Assembly (NCBI GenBank): GCA_030704615.1
Contig: CM060733.1
Coordinates: forward strand, 1,860,001 to 1,924,000
DNA: 64,000 nucleotides
Direction of reading: 5' to 3'
Source of the DNA: Takakia lepidozioides
Lineage: Eukaryota; Plantae; Bryophyta
Below are positions 24,420-37,175 of the stretch, one piece after another. The notes beneath the pieces were generated by a model that saw only the letters and a program-made list of their open reading frames with translations, was not told the DNA's origin and ran no database searches. Within the stretch, counting starts at the first letter, position 1. Every line of letters starts with the position of its first letter. The position numbers were made by a program, and so were the translations under genes.

Positions 24420-24700
24420 CGAAGGCACCTCCTCTTGCACCACTTGGAGAGCTTGCCTGAGTCCATTGGAGCATTGATTCATCTCCAAATGTTGTTTCTC
24501 AGGAATTATCTTCCTTTAGAGAAATGGATTAGACAGTGGTGAGTGGATTAGAGTTGGGGGGGAACTCCTCCCAGTTGGTTAGGCACTGATGGAAGTAAAC
24601 CAATGGTCCTGTATTAGTGGTTTGTCTGCACTGTCAGACTGCCCACACTTTAGGTCCTAAAGAGCTTCCTCTGTCGCCAGATTGGCAACAGAGAGGTTGG
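24420..24700 (+). pseudogene. Degenerate plant LRR fragment
   Basis: LESLPESIGALIHLQMLFLR fits the plant LRR consensus LxxLPxSIGxLxxLxxLxL; further broken LP..IG-like pieces downstream; no intact ORF. Confidence 0.55.
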
Positions 24701-27700
24701 CTACCGGTATATGCAATATAATGATCACCAGCTCTTGAGCTTTGAATGCCTGTGCAAACCAGGGCTTTGAACATTTTTCTTATTTTGCAGGATGATGCTT
24801 ATATTTTTAGCAGCACGGAGGGAGTCTGGAGTGTGGAGTCGGGAGCCATGATCACACTTGAGTAGCTGCTGACAGGCTCCTTTGGAAAAAGCCCATGTAG
24901 GACAAAAACTGAGTAAAACATGTCAACAGAAAGGCAGAAGCTCATTCAAGGCCTGACATGGGCCCCGAGCTGCTCAGCTTTTGAGTCTCCATGGCACCGT
25001 ACTCATCAGTTACTCTCATCTAATGCCCATCAGGGGGTCAGATGGAGAAATCATTAACCCCCCCTTTGGATGGGCCCAGACAGGGATTCCATTTATTAAT
25101 GCTTCCATAACTAAAAGTTATTGGGGTTCACGTAAAGCTAATTTTTAATCATTGTAATGTTTGGGGTCATGTGCTCTGATGGCTGATCTGGGGACGGTCC
25201 TATCGCCCAGTTTGCTTTGAGAGAATTGGGAATTCCACAAGCCCAGTTTTTAAACATGATGAACAACTGGACAAGCCTTAAAAATACATTATAGAGTTCT
25301 GTGCATCATGACAGTTGGTGGGTTGGTTTTTCTGGAATTCACTGTATACTTTGGGAAACTCAGTTTTCAGTCCTCTTTGGTAATCGGTCTTGCAAAGGAT
25401 GCTTGCGGGAGAGCACAAGGTCGTCAGGATAGGAATCATCTTCTTCCTTTTTCAAGATTGAGCGTGGAAGTGGGCTCATCCTGTGATCTAATGCCCACCT
25501 GCAATTGGGTGTGGGGTTGGGGAGGGAAGAGATGCAGGAAGAAAAAAATGATGGAGTGTGAGTGTGTGCGGAGCCTCGACGCTGCTGGCTATGGCGAACA
25601 AAGCGATTGGGGTCCAGACAAAAGCAGAGAGCAAAAAAGTTAGTTAGAAGAGGGTAGGGGAGAGTCACAGGCATGGATCCTATTCATAAGAGCTGTAACG
25701 GTCCAGCATGAGACAACCCATCTGCCAGGTTTGGCCATACCATTTTCCTGAAAGTGAAACTGACAAGGATTCAAATATTCACAGTACTACACAGTTTTCT
25801 GTTTCCTGTTAAATAAATATTTTTCTTTTACCAATTGAGTCTGTGAAGGCGCGAAGATCGAAAATGTTCTCAACCCATTTATCATTTTTCGGATTGTGGC
25901 CGCTGCTGTAATGATTAATTAATCATCCCTGAGGATAACAATTTTGGAAAAAAGAGAAAAGCGAAATTTCTCAGCAACTGTGGTAACGGCTTCAGTCAGG
26001 GAGAAAAACTTGATGAATGAGGCCTAGATGATCACAAGCATTCATCCTTGTTTCCTAACAAGGGTTTAAAGTAAAATAGAAACTGAAAGTGGGTTTAATA
26101 GTATTTGACTTTGAGTTAATCATTGTAACTATAATGCCATCTTCTGGGTTAACAAGTTGGGTGCAGCTTATCTCGAGATCCAGGTCCCCTCTGAGAGATA
26201 ACCCGCATGCAAATTGTAATTAAGGGGACCCGAGTAGCGCGAGTTTGTATACTACAGAAAGCAACACGGTGGTCCCCACTGCGAACTGCAAATTTAATAT
26301 TCAAATCTGAGAATCTGTGTCTCGATCACAGCGCTGGAATCCCACGTGCTGTTGGCTTGCTTACTTTCATTTTATTCTTGCCAGTTACCGATCATTCATT
26401 ATCATTCTCTTGCCACCGCTGCAACTTACCTATACATAGTCAATTGCAATCCGCAACTTAAATCATTGTTTTTCCCTGGAAGAACATACTGTAGTTGACT
26501 CTAACTTGTCTTTTCGATCTTCCCATCTTTCCAGCGTTTCTGGGTTTTGTTAGGGTTTTCCAAAGCCTCCTTTTTGGACGAAGCCTATGTCATCCCAAAG
26601 TGATGTGGAGAATTGTAGACGAATCTTGTCCAAGGGAGTCACCTTGCTTCTGAGTGATGCGGTGGAGGTGGGCATCATTGGGTACTACGTGATGTTTTTT
26701 CTTAATAATAAAATGGACAGAGGCCCTGTTAGTACTCAAATGAAACTCGATGTTGGGTTTGTAGAGAAGAAAGTGAGACCCACTCTACGCTATCCGCTTA
26801 AATCCCGCAAGAGCAAACATATGGGTATGTAGTGCTGTAATCATTGCTGGACTTCTGGTCATTCCGATCGCCCTGATATCTCGAATGCTTGATTCTCTTT
26901 GAAAGTATCAATTTGAGAAGAGTCCAATTCTCCCAGAGAAAAAGTTGGAAAAAGCCTGGTGGGGAGAGCCAGGGATGTAGGCGTGACATTTCACCCTTCC
27001 CAAAATTGGGAGTGGAGAGAGGGGTGCAGCTTGCGTGTAGGGGATGGGAGGTGCACAGGCAAGTGGAGGCGGCGATGGGCGTCGGCGAAGAAGATGGGGG
27101 GTTGTTTAATGCAGTCAACAGTGTTGAGTGCCTGCAGGCTTGCTTGCCAGTCAACCAACTTGATCACCCTGCCCACCATTATATTCTCTGCTCCCCCGAC
27201 TCTTCATGCTCTCTCCTCCATCTCCATCTCCAACTCTGGCGGCCAACACTGTTGCTGCTCCACGGCGAGACAGCATGAAGAAGCAGGGAGGCAGGAAGAC
27301 ATGAATCAAAGCTCCAGCCCCCAAACTAGTCCCTGCCATTTCTGCCGCCTGCTATTGAGGCGAATCTGTGTCTCACTCCCCCCTCTCTCACGTGGCCTAC
27401 TGATCACCTTCTTCCTCGAATATCTGGCCATGAGGGGGAACCAAGTCTCCGCCCGGCATTGTAGCGCCCGGTTTCCCGCAACGTGCCGCCCCTTTCTCCC
27501 ACCCGGCGCAGCTCCCCCTGCGGCCCTTTCCAAATTAGTGGGCTTGACTAGTGGCTTGACTGGTTTGGACAGCCCGTGCCAACTGGGGTGTTGCTAGTCG
27601 GTTCTGTTAGGAGGTATGTAGTGAGTTTGTTAGGTGACAGGAGGGTAACTGAGTTTGTTAGGGAGAATACACGGCAGTAAGACGACAAAAGGTGGGGGTA

Positions 27701-29887
27701 AAAGGGTGGCAACGTGAAGGATTTGGACGGTTGTGTAGCGGGAGGGCTACCCATAAAGGGTGGTAAAAGGGTGCATCAACATTGACAGGAGGGATTTCTT
27801 TCTATGTCTGTTGACAACATGAAAGAGAGAGTTCTGTCCACTATTTCCATAGAAAAAGACTTGGGCTTTGATGGTTGCATCGATGAGTTAAGAATAAGGT
27901 CGAATGAGGAGAGGGCTGGCGGGGTTGAAATAAGGAGAGAAGAGTGGAAGGGGGGCAGGTGCTAAATAGAGGGAGCAACTCGATCTTCTCTCCCAGTTTG
28001 TCCACCGTTGAAAAGCCTGTAGAGATGGCAGTGGTGCATTTAATGGAGGAGGGTCATGGTGTCAGAGCCTCAATAATGCCGTTCCTCACCATTCTCGTGG
28101 TCCTTCCCCCCCCCCCCCATGCATGCATCCATCAAATAGTATTTTCGCATGCCAAGCCTTGGTCCCTTGATGTTTTGACTATATTGTAGCCTCCTTGTGC
28201 CCCCCTCCCATCTGCTCTACGGGGATAGCCAATCTCGATGTTCTTTCCACTCACCCCACAAAGTTTTAGTCACCACCATCTTGGGAGTGTGCGGGATGTG
28301 ACTTATGTCTGTTGTCATTGTTCCGTTTCTGCACCGTAGACTTGCTACACCATGGAGGATTTGTGGCAAAATCGCATGTGTGAGATGGAGAAGCATGCAA
28401 CTCTACAAAGGAACACTGATATCGAGGGACTGCGGCAAACCGTCCTACAGGATGACGTAGAATTGCAAGAACCAAAGCAGATCTGCAAACGCCGCAGGAG
28501 GCCGGCAACCCACAAACCCACCCAACCGAACCCCCACGCTTGCCCCATCTTTCGTCTCTCTCTCATCACAAAAACAGGGCTTGCAGCACGTGTGCATGGG
28601 AATTGCAGAATGGGCCTACGAGCCCTGTGAACTATGCTCTTCGCTACTCAGCGGGACTTTTTAATGGCTGTCGGCCCCACCACGGAAATGGCCTCTTAAA
28701 TGAACCGGCCTGCCACTCCTTCCGGAGCTTGTTCATTAACACACCTTAAGCTGTTTTCTAGGGAGGCTCTTAATTAGACCTCCATCCGGCAGACAGGCAA
28801 ATCCATCCCTGGCGATCTCGGGTGATGCTGGGTTATGTTTAGCCTGCTGTTGGGTTTGCTTCCAGGTGTTATGTAACAAAAAATCACGCAAACCAAGGCT
28901 ATCAACACGAAAACTTGACTTCTGGATCAGATTCTGGTGTGAATGAGGGGGCAACCTGTGGTTCGGGGGTCAGTCCGGGATAAGAGGTTGTTAGCCAGTC
29001 AAAGTTTGCGGTGCTTGACAGCAATGTAGCGAAGCGCGACACGCAGGCCTTTGGGCTTTTGTTTAGTCTGAATGTCGGCCTTGTCTTTTTGATCTTCAGA
29101 GTTATGACTGCTCACCCATAGTTACACACTGATTCTCGAAGCACAATCTAGACTGGGCTTCAAATCGCTTCACCCTGCCACCAGATCAAACTTCTTACAT
29201 CCCTGTAACCTCTTGGTAATAAGCAAAAGATTGAAATCCACATTAGGCTTCTTGATCCACCATAACACGCCTAGTCTATTATAACACCCCACTGCCGCAC
29301 TGCGGAATGCCTGCGGAATCCCTCGAGTTCACCTCACCCTGCAGAAGACTTGATTACCCCCTGGGGGCTTAATGACTCTCTAATCATGCTTGGACGTGCC
29401 TTAGTGTTGCTCAAGTTTTGATAATACACCAGTCGAGGGGACAGGCCCTTCAGTTACTCATGGCGTCTGTCTACCGTACTTAAGGACCTCTAACTAAAGA
29501 TTTCCTTGAATGAGAATGCTTAATTAGGAATATGTACTAGCTGTCTGGGGCACTCACTCCAGGCCCCACAACAAAACTGCACTACAACTCTGACTAACAA
29601 AAAGGTCAAACTCTTCCCTCCAAGACAAGAGCTAAGTTTTGAGCTTAGTGACGATAAAGCACTACCTTGTTGGGGTGGGGCAGCTAACAATCGTCACTTA
29701 ACTATCGTCCGGACTCTCGTCAGCTCACCGGCCCGTTTATCGTCGCTAGCTTTCGGTTCTAGTTTTACTTGTTACCGTCATATTGTTAACTTCTGATCAG
29801 GTTAGGTTTCCGTCCTTTCCACTCAGTATTTCTTGTATGTTTACCGTCAAACTCCGTCGTCTTCACCGGCTATTTCCCGCGCACCGA

Positions 29888-29990
29888 TTTTTTTTTATAA
29901 TAAAACAGGGGGATTGTAGCCCTGTAAAACTTTATTAAGTAAAGAAAAAATAACCTTACAAGAAAGCCATGAAGGCAGAATTTCCACTCA
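29888..29990 (-). mobile_element. 3' end of an L1-like/polyadenylated retroposon
   Basis: Minus strand: ...ttaataaagttttacagggctacaatccccctgttttattataaaaaaaaa (AATAAA, short GC hairpin, A tail). A similar terminus occurs at 47558-47630. Confidence 0.4.
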
Positions 29991-30289
29991 GAGAATGAAG
30001 AGGTTCATTTTGAATCGGAAAAGGTCCATTTTTATCAAGAACAAACAGATGTATATATATGTATTCATCATTTTTGGTAAAACGATTTATTAAAGTATGA
30101 AATACATGGTCTCTTTCTTGGGTTTGTCTTGTTTTAAGAGTTTTGATGATGGGCCGGGGTGGTTTCTCCTCTGTAACTTGCCTCTACGGCCTCATGTGGT
30201 TATTTTTACCACACACCTTTAACCAAATTTTGGGCTTCTGTCCCTTTCTCCCAAAGAAAAAGAAAAAGAAAAAACTTCTCCCCATTCCC

Positions 30290-30388
30290 TCATGCGTAAG
30301 CTTTCATGGCGAGGTTGATCTGAAAGAGGTTATTTTTTCCTCGCACTATAATTAAGGGGCCTGATTCGCTCCCAGGTGTTTCCCTTTC
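30290..30388 (+). mobile_element. 5'-truncated copy of SINE family A
   Basis: gaaagaggttattttttcctcgcactataattaaggggcctgattcgctcccaggtgtttccctt matches the other copies. Confidence 0.75.
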
Positions 30389-31435
30389 GGTAGCACTGCC
30401 AAAAAAATTTGTTTGTATTTGTCGTGCCGTTAAAATGCAGAATTCACCGGGGTGCATTCCACATGGCGGAATGCACCCCATCAGCTCCCTCGAGTGCACC
30501 GGCAGGGAAATATTTTTTCAAATTTTGTGGCATTGCTTTACGCAAGGTAATGCCCCTCGTGTCGGGCATTCCCGGAATGTCGGGCCTTCACCTGGGGCTA
30601 CTGCCCTGGGGGTTAGGCCCTTAAATATGGGAATGCCCTCCACGCAAGGCATTACCATATACAAAAAAAAGAAAAAGAAAAAAGAGAGAAAAAATTGCCC
30701 CCAACTGGAAGGCAGAGGAAACACACGAACCCACATAATACTACGCACAACAATTTAAACCCCGAATTACTGTTTCAGACGTTCGAGCAAAAATTCGAAA
30801 TAAATAAGGTTACCGGTTACCTACCAGGAATGGTGGCAGTATCCAATTGTGCTATCTATTGGTGGTATGTTGTTTAGTTTTTGGCCTTTCCAATCTACAA
30901 ACTTTTTGTCCGGTATTTGTTTAAATAGTATTTACTTCTCCTTGGGCTGGGAACTAAGTGGATGGCGGATGACTGTAATAGGCTATAAGAATAACCCAAA
31001 TTAAGGTCCATACTTGATGAATCAAGTTCTCTAGCGAAGAGAAGGTTGACTCATACCGCCGCAAGCATAACTTATGGTGTCACTTCACCGCCAACCTTCC
31101 TTTTGGAAGGTGGCTGGAACCTAAATTGTCCACAAGAAGAGTTAGAGTCTTTGGAGATTTTTTTTTGGGAGAGTATATACCACACCATTTTCCGTCGGCG
31201 AAAGTGGGCGGCCATTGTCCATGACAAGGTCCCTTCGGACGGCCGTGTGGCACATGGCACAAATATGTTGAATGCGGAAGTGTGGAAAGCCTCCACGTAT
31301 TACTGCGCCGCCTCCTACACAAATTGTATACTACTAAGAAAATGATAGTATATCATTATTTGTTGACTCTATCTGAATAATTGGATAAGGTAGTGATCTT
31401 TCAATAGTTCTGGTACGTGTCCGTCCGCAAGTTGC

Positions 31436-32153
31436 GATTATTCGGTGAGAACTTCCGAGAAATGCACATTTTAATTCAGTTTAAAATTCTAAAATCTTAA
31501 ATCACGACCATTTTCTAGATACGGGGAAAATTCTACAATTTTTATTATGTGTGTCAAGAATATTTTTCGTTGCGGACGGTGGTCGTGGTATCATGACTAG
31601 GGCAGTATCCGATGTTGTTCCGGCGACGATAATAACTATAATTATCATTCATCATTATTGGATGGATGTGCAGGGCTTCATCCGATTATTCAGTGAGAAA
31701 TGCACATTTTAATTCAGTTTGAAATTCTAAAATTTCAAATTACGTTCATTTTCTGGATACGGGGAAAATTCTACAATTTTTAATGTGTGTCAAAGAATAT
31801 TTTTCGTTACGGACGGTGTCACGACGAGGGCAGTATCCAGCGACGATAATAACTATAATTGTCATTCATCATTCATCGTTGGATGGATGAAGGATGCCAG
31901 ACTTCATCCAATTATGCGGTGAGAAATGCACATTTTAATTCAGTTTAAATTTCTTAAATCTCAAATCACGTCCATTTTCTGGATATGGAAAAATTCTGCA
32001 ATGTTTATTATGTGTGTCAAAGAATATTTTTCGTTGCGGACGGTGGTCGTGGTATCATGACTAGGGCAGTATCCGATGCTGTTCCGGCGACGATAATAAC
32101 TATAATTATCATTCATCCTCTTTGGATGGATGAAGGGTGGCGGACTTCATCCG
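31436..32153. repeat. Three diverged ~230-250 bp tandem units upstream of the MYB gene
   Basis: Units start at about 31436, 31684 and 31910. Each contains gagaaatgcacattttaattcagttt, gaatatttttcgtt(g/a)cggacggtg, gggcagtatcc, cgacgataataactataatt and ggatggatg. Confidence 0.95.
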
Positions 32154-33708
32154 AGCATCACCGTAAGGTGGGTGTGAAAAGCCCAGTTAGGAAGGGGGCC
32201 GCCGCAAGCGGTGCAGGGGCAGGCGGGCAGGCGGAGAACAAAACGAAAGGGAAGGGTGCGCGCGAGCAGGGTGGGCAGCGCGGCGCTGCCCGGCGGCTGA
32301 ATGGTAACGACCAGCCCCTGCCACCCTTCCCGGGCCCTTCGCTGCTCCCTCACACTCTCCTCTTCCCTCTTCCTCTCCTTCAACTCTCGTGTGTGTCGCT
32401 GGGAGCCATTGACTGTGAGGTCTGTGCAGTAATCGGGGTGGTCCCGAGGCAAACATTACTTCACTTACTGGACATCTGGGCTCTGTTTCACACACACTCA
32501 TCTCTCAAACCTTTTTGCGGTTGGGGAGTCACCCACCTCGCAGACTAACTTAGTGTGGACGTGTCTTGGGCTTGTTAATGTACCTAGATGGGGTGACTGG
32601 TGTGGAGTAGATGGTGTCAGGGAGTGATTAGTTTAAACGTTCTGTCGTGTGCTCTCTTCGGGAGGGTTGGGAACTCTCGTGGGGGAGTGTCTGACCGAGC
32701 TTTGGTTTTGGACAGGGGGGCACGGCCTAGTAGGTAGTAGGTAATGATGGAGAGGAGGGATAGGCAGTCCTTGCTGACAGACCTGGAGCAGGGCAGCAGG
32801 CCAGAGAGTAGCCTTACAGTGGTGCACGTTGGGCCCTTGGATTTTCCATAGATTGCTGGAAGCAGGCCCACCCCAGCGGCCTCCCACCGCCCTTCCAAAC
32901 CGTTAGATTTTCAGAGGCTAGACCGTTTAGAGAGAGACAGATGTAGGCGCCTCTAGGGAGGCTTCACTGTTCATTCATAGTAGGGGCACCCTGGGCAGTC
33001 TGGCGTAAGGAAGAAGAGAGAGAGACATAGACAGGTCAAGGTGCATTGAAAGCTCTTGTTTTGGGAGAGGACCCAGTTTCGCTTGGAAGGGCCAAGGGAG
33101 GAAGTATAGTACAGTGCTCAAGAGAGCGTTAAGTGGTGGTTGATCACTGTGTGTGTATGTAATTTGGGGATAGCAAGGCACGTAGACCTGTGTATCTTCT
33201 AGCGAGGTTGCTGTGTTGTGGGGTTCTGTCTCTCTGTGTCTCTCAGGGTTGGATTATGCAGCCAGACTCTTCCTGCCCAGAAGTATACTTAGTGAGAAGG
33301 GAGGGTATAGAAGCAGTGACACATGTATGTATAATTTCAATTCAGGACCTTGTGTGGTCTCATTTGACTCGGGGTACTGCGTAAGTGAGACAGTGGGGTG
33401 CCTGAGCACTCTGAAGCGAATTGACATGTCCAAAACTATAGACTCGGGGAATGCTTGTAGAGACAGATACAACCTTCATAGCTGACACAAACTTCTTTCT
33501 TCTCCCATCTTATCGCCTGGGTCTCTTTCTCTTCCTCGCATTTTATTAGAAGGTCCGAGGCTGCATCTTTCTATCCTTTGTCCTCTACCACTAGATTCCC
33601 TGGGCAGGAGACTATCTGTTACATTACTCACACTGACATTGAGATCAATCTACGCGCACTAAATACAACTTAGAGAGGGAGAGTGTGTGCGGGGTAACCA
33701 GTATCTGC

Positions 33709-36700
33709 ATGTGCCGCCACTTTACTGAAGGAGGCAAAAGAATGCGGACGTCTTATGACATTCACACTCAAACCCTTTCCTTGAACCAAGCTCCGCCCAA
33801 CCTGGAAAGCATCTACAACTCTCTCAAATTCGACAAGGAAAACCGGCAGAGCAGCTTCCTTCCAGCAAGCTACTCTTCTCTTGAGACAACCACAGACGGC
33901 GAGCGAACGTCAAATAGTGGATCAGACACTCATGCGGGTGAGCCCATTGCTTTCCAGGCGCTTAGTATGTCTACGGGTCAGAGTATGTGGCGCATGCGCT
34001 CCGTTGAAAGCTGTACAGGCTACACAGAGATGAAGCTTTCGAGCGATGAGGAGATGGAACATGCCAGCATGGATGACATGAAGGACTCAACAAACGAGGA
34101 CTTGGAGAATTCTTTGGGCAAAGATATCGACAGTGTGCAATCCAAGCTGTGTCCACGAGGGCACTGGCGGCCTGCTGAGGATGAGAAGCTCCGGGAACTA
34201 GTGTCGCAGTATGGCCCACAGAACTGGAACCTCATTGCTGAGAAACTGCAAGGCCGATCAGGTACTGTTATTCATCAGTCCTATCTGGAATCAGTGGTTT
34301 CAACTTGCTTCAGAGAGGTGTGACTTTCACTGCATATGCATGTTTTGCATGAAGGGCGAGCAGCGGATTTGGAGAACCACAGCCTTTGTAAAGTGGATGA
34401 TGTGAAAGTAAGAAAGAACTTTTACTGTTACAAGCCTGTCTTTCTTGCGTCGTTTAGCTGGTTAACCTCTCTGGACACAAGGTTGGGGGCCACATTCTTC
34501 ATGCGAGTACCCCCAACATCTACTCTATGTATTTCGTTTATCTAGAAGGATCTGAACTCACTGGATTCAGTGAAGGACCTTATCATTCATTAGAGACTAT
34601 CTTAATCGCATCACTGTAATCCACAATATACAGAATACTCAGCTAGTGTCGAGACAGCATCGGGCCTATATTCCAAATCCTGTGTGACCGACCTCCTGTC
34701 GCGTGTCCAGCGAGTCTTTATATTGAACTCATACTCTTATGAAATCATGAAAACGCTCAAGTAGTCTCTAATATTCTCAACAAAATGTTGGACAGATTTG
34801 CCTTACACCTCTTAGGTTCTGCAGGGGTTATGGAGGTTATAATATACTTTATGTACGATCCACAGGCATCTCCCACACTCGGACGTCTTGAAGAAAAATA
34901 GAACATTTCCTTTACAGTCTACAAGTTTACTTGATCAATTTCAATGCTAGATTATAGGTCGCAGATCTCCTCATTCCGCAGAGAAAACACGATTTGGTCA
35001 GTGAAGGATAGAGCCACACATACTCAAATAGGATTCAAACAGATAATGTATACATGTACAGAGATTACCGAAGTTCCTGGGCTGAAGCTTCCATCGAGGA
35101 TGGCCAACCGGTAGGGTACTGTGTGGCCACTGCCAGTAGAACTACGGTAGTGCTTGAGGAGCAATGAGGGAAACATTCAGTTGAGCATGACGGTAGGGTA
35201 TATAATCACCCTTCAATTCGAGTCATCAGGATGTCCAGCTTTTTTCAGCCGCTCAGACTCTGAACTCATGATGACTGCATATCTACACTTGATGTTAGTT
35301 GTGCGGTTGACATCTTCCAGATTTATGCTTGGTGTACATAGTTGCAGTGGGTTAGCTGATGACCACTCTGAAGCATGTTAAGAAGTGTTCAGGACCTATT
35401 ATGATCATTTCAAGAGTGATTAGTGTTTAGAGGAACTTTGTTCAGGATTCGCTTCACCCCATACACCCTCTTTCAAACTTTCTTAGGTTCCTCGAGATTC
35501 TGAGTGCACACGAAGAGTTTGTAGGGATTCCAAGACAAAACATTTAACTGCAAAAACCTCCTTGTGAGGGGTACAAAGCTGGATCGTGTCTGATCGTGGT
35601 GTTGAAACGGGTCTTCGAATGCAGGGAAAAGTTGCAGGCTTAGATGGTTCAATCAACTCGACCCCCGCATCAACCGTCGTCCCTTCACCGAAGAAGAAGA
35701 GGAGCGGCTACTGGCGGCCCACCGATTCCATGGAAACAAGTGGGCTATGATCGCTCGTCTCTTTCCAGGGCGCACAGACAATGCTGTGAAGAATCACTGG
35801 CATGTGGTGATGGCCCGCAAGTTTAGAGAGCGATCACGTGCTTATGGACGTCGCAAGGCTCAGGTATCTCGGAGAGGCAAACGGACGGGCTCAGCAACTG
35901 GCACTCATCACACTGCGGCAGATTCCATCACTGCCTGGATCGAGAAATACTCCCTTGGTGGCGACTCTTTTGAAGCTTGTGCATCTGGACCTACTGTGGG
36001 GAGCCCTTCTGTCAATCATGTGAGCGGGCCTGGCAGTTCTTCTCCCCCAACCTTCCCGGGTAACTTTCCCCGCGCGAGGAGCTTAGGGGCAACACAGCTT
36101 GGAGGCGAATTGGGCCCTAGCGATGTCTCAATTCTCCCCCCTCTCACTAAGATGCCGCGCCTCTCCTTCTGCACGCCAGATTCTAAAGAGGAGCAGCTCG
36201 GTTTCAGCAACTACAGTGACAGCCCTTCTGGGGCACCCTTGCTGTCTTCAAAGTCAGCTGAAGGGCTCATCCCAGGTAGTTGCAGTTTGTCCCAAGTGGG
36301 TTTGTTATTCTGAATGTCTATGAAGTCGAAATTTGGTTCTCTGTCATCCTCACATGTGAGCTACTCAGTACTTTCATTGATCATATTCAGCTCTCAGATT
36401 CAACAAGTGAAGGTTGTGGGTATTTCGGTCCACTGTTTATTAAGTCTCTGGACTGTAACTTACACTTTCTTACCTCCAAGACTGTGTGGCTTCTTTATCA
36501 GGATCCAGGACGTTCATACCAAGCATACCTCCAACGATGCGTGGGGATAAACAACAACCAATACTGACATGTAACATAGACAGCTCCGTGAGCTCAGGGC
36601 TTCTGACCAGAGCTGCAGAAGCTCGTGCAGAGAAAGGCTCATTACGCACTCAACCAGCGACAGACTCCTTCGTCGGTCTGAAGACGCTGCAAGGGGGTCT

Positions 36701-37175
36701 CTATGCAGGCAATCTTGCACCCCACTGGTTTCCATCTCTTCTCAATCCATTTGGTAATGGCCAAGCAACTGGGGCGGAGAAAGAGGAAGGCAGAAGTAGT
36801 AGCAACAGCAATGGTGGTGCTACTTGCCGTTCCGAGTTCCAAAGGCAGAACCAAACTCTACGACCCTCCTTGAGCGATGTGCATGCTCCGTTTAATGGTG
36901 TCTGGCAATTTGAACCACGGGCCAATGGGACGAGCAATAGCCCAAGCAGCTACTTACTGAATGGCATGCAGAGAGACCTTGGATGTCTGACCCCCTCCGC
37001 ACTCTCTGGCCGTGTGCAGCAGCTGCACGAAAGACTTTGCAAGGACACTTCCCTCAAAGTGGGCGCCTCCTCATGGGCTTCGGTCGACCAACTGCAAGAC
37101 ACAAACGAGGGTGTAGCCTCACAGAAGGAGTCAGGAATCCCATTTATCGATTTTCTGGGAGTGGGGGCGGCTTAA
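33709..37175 (+). CDS. R2R3-MYB transcription factor, subgroup 21-like (MYB52/54/105/117 type)
   Basis: Exons 33709-34261, 35625-36275, 36502-37175 (GT-AG, phase 1/1). R2R3 domain [101 protein letters not shown] and C-terminal FIDFLGVG motif. Start ATG uncertain (33709, 33742 or later). Confidence 0.93.

Noticed and set aside
26959-27597. 212-aa ORF as a gene (likewise 5414-5977, 31985-32548, 41138-41642)
   Set aside because: No recognisable domain or splice structure; these are GC-rich or repeat-derived open frames overlapping on both strands.
33010-33035. miR529/miR156-like sequence (agaagagagagag)
   Set aside because: The match is limited to a GA microsatellite; the 3' half differs and there is no convincing star arm.
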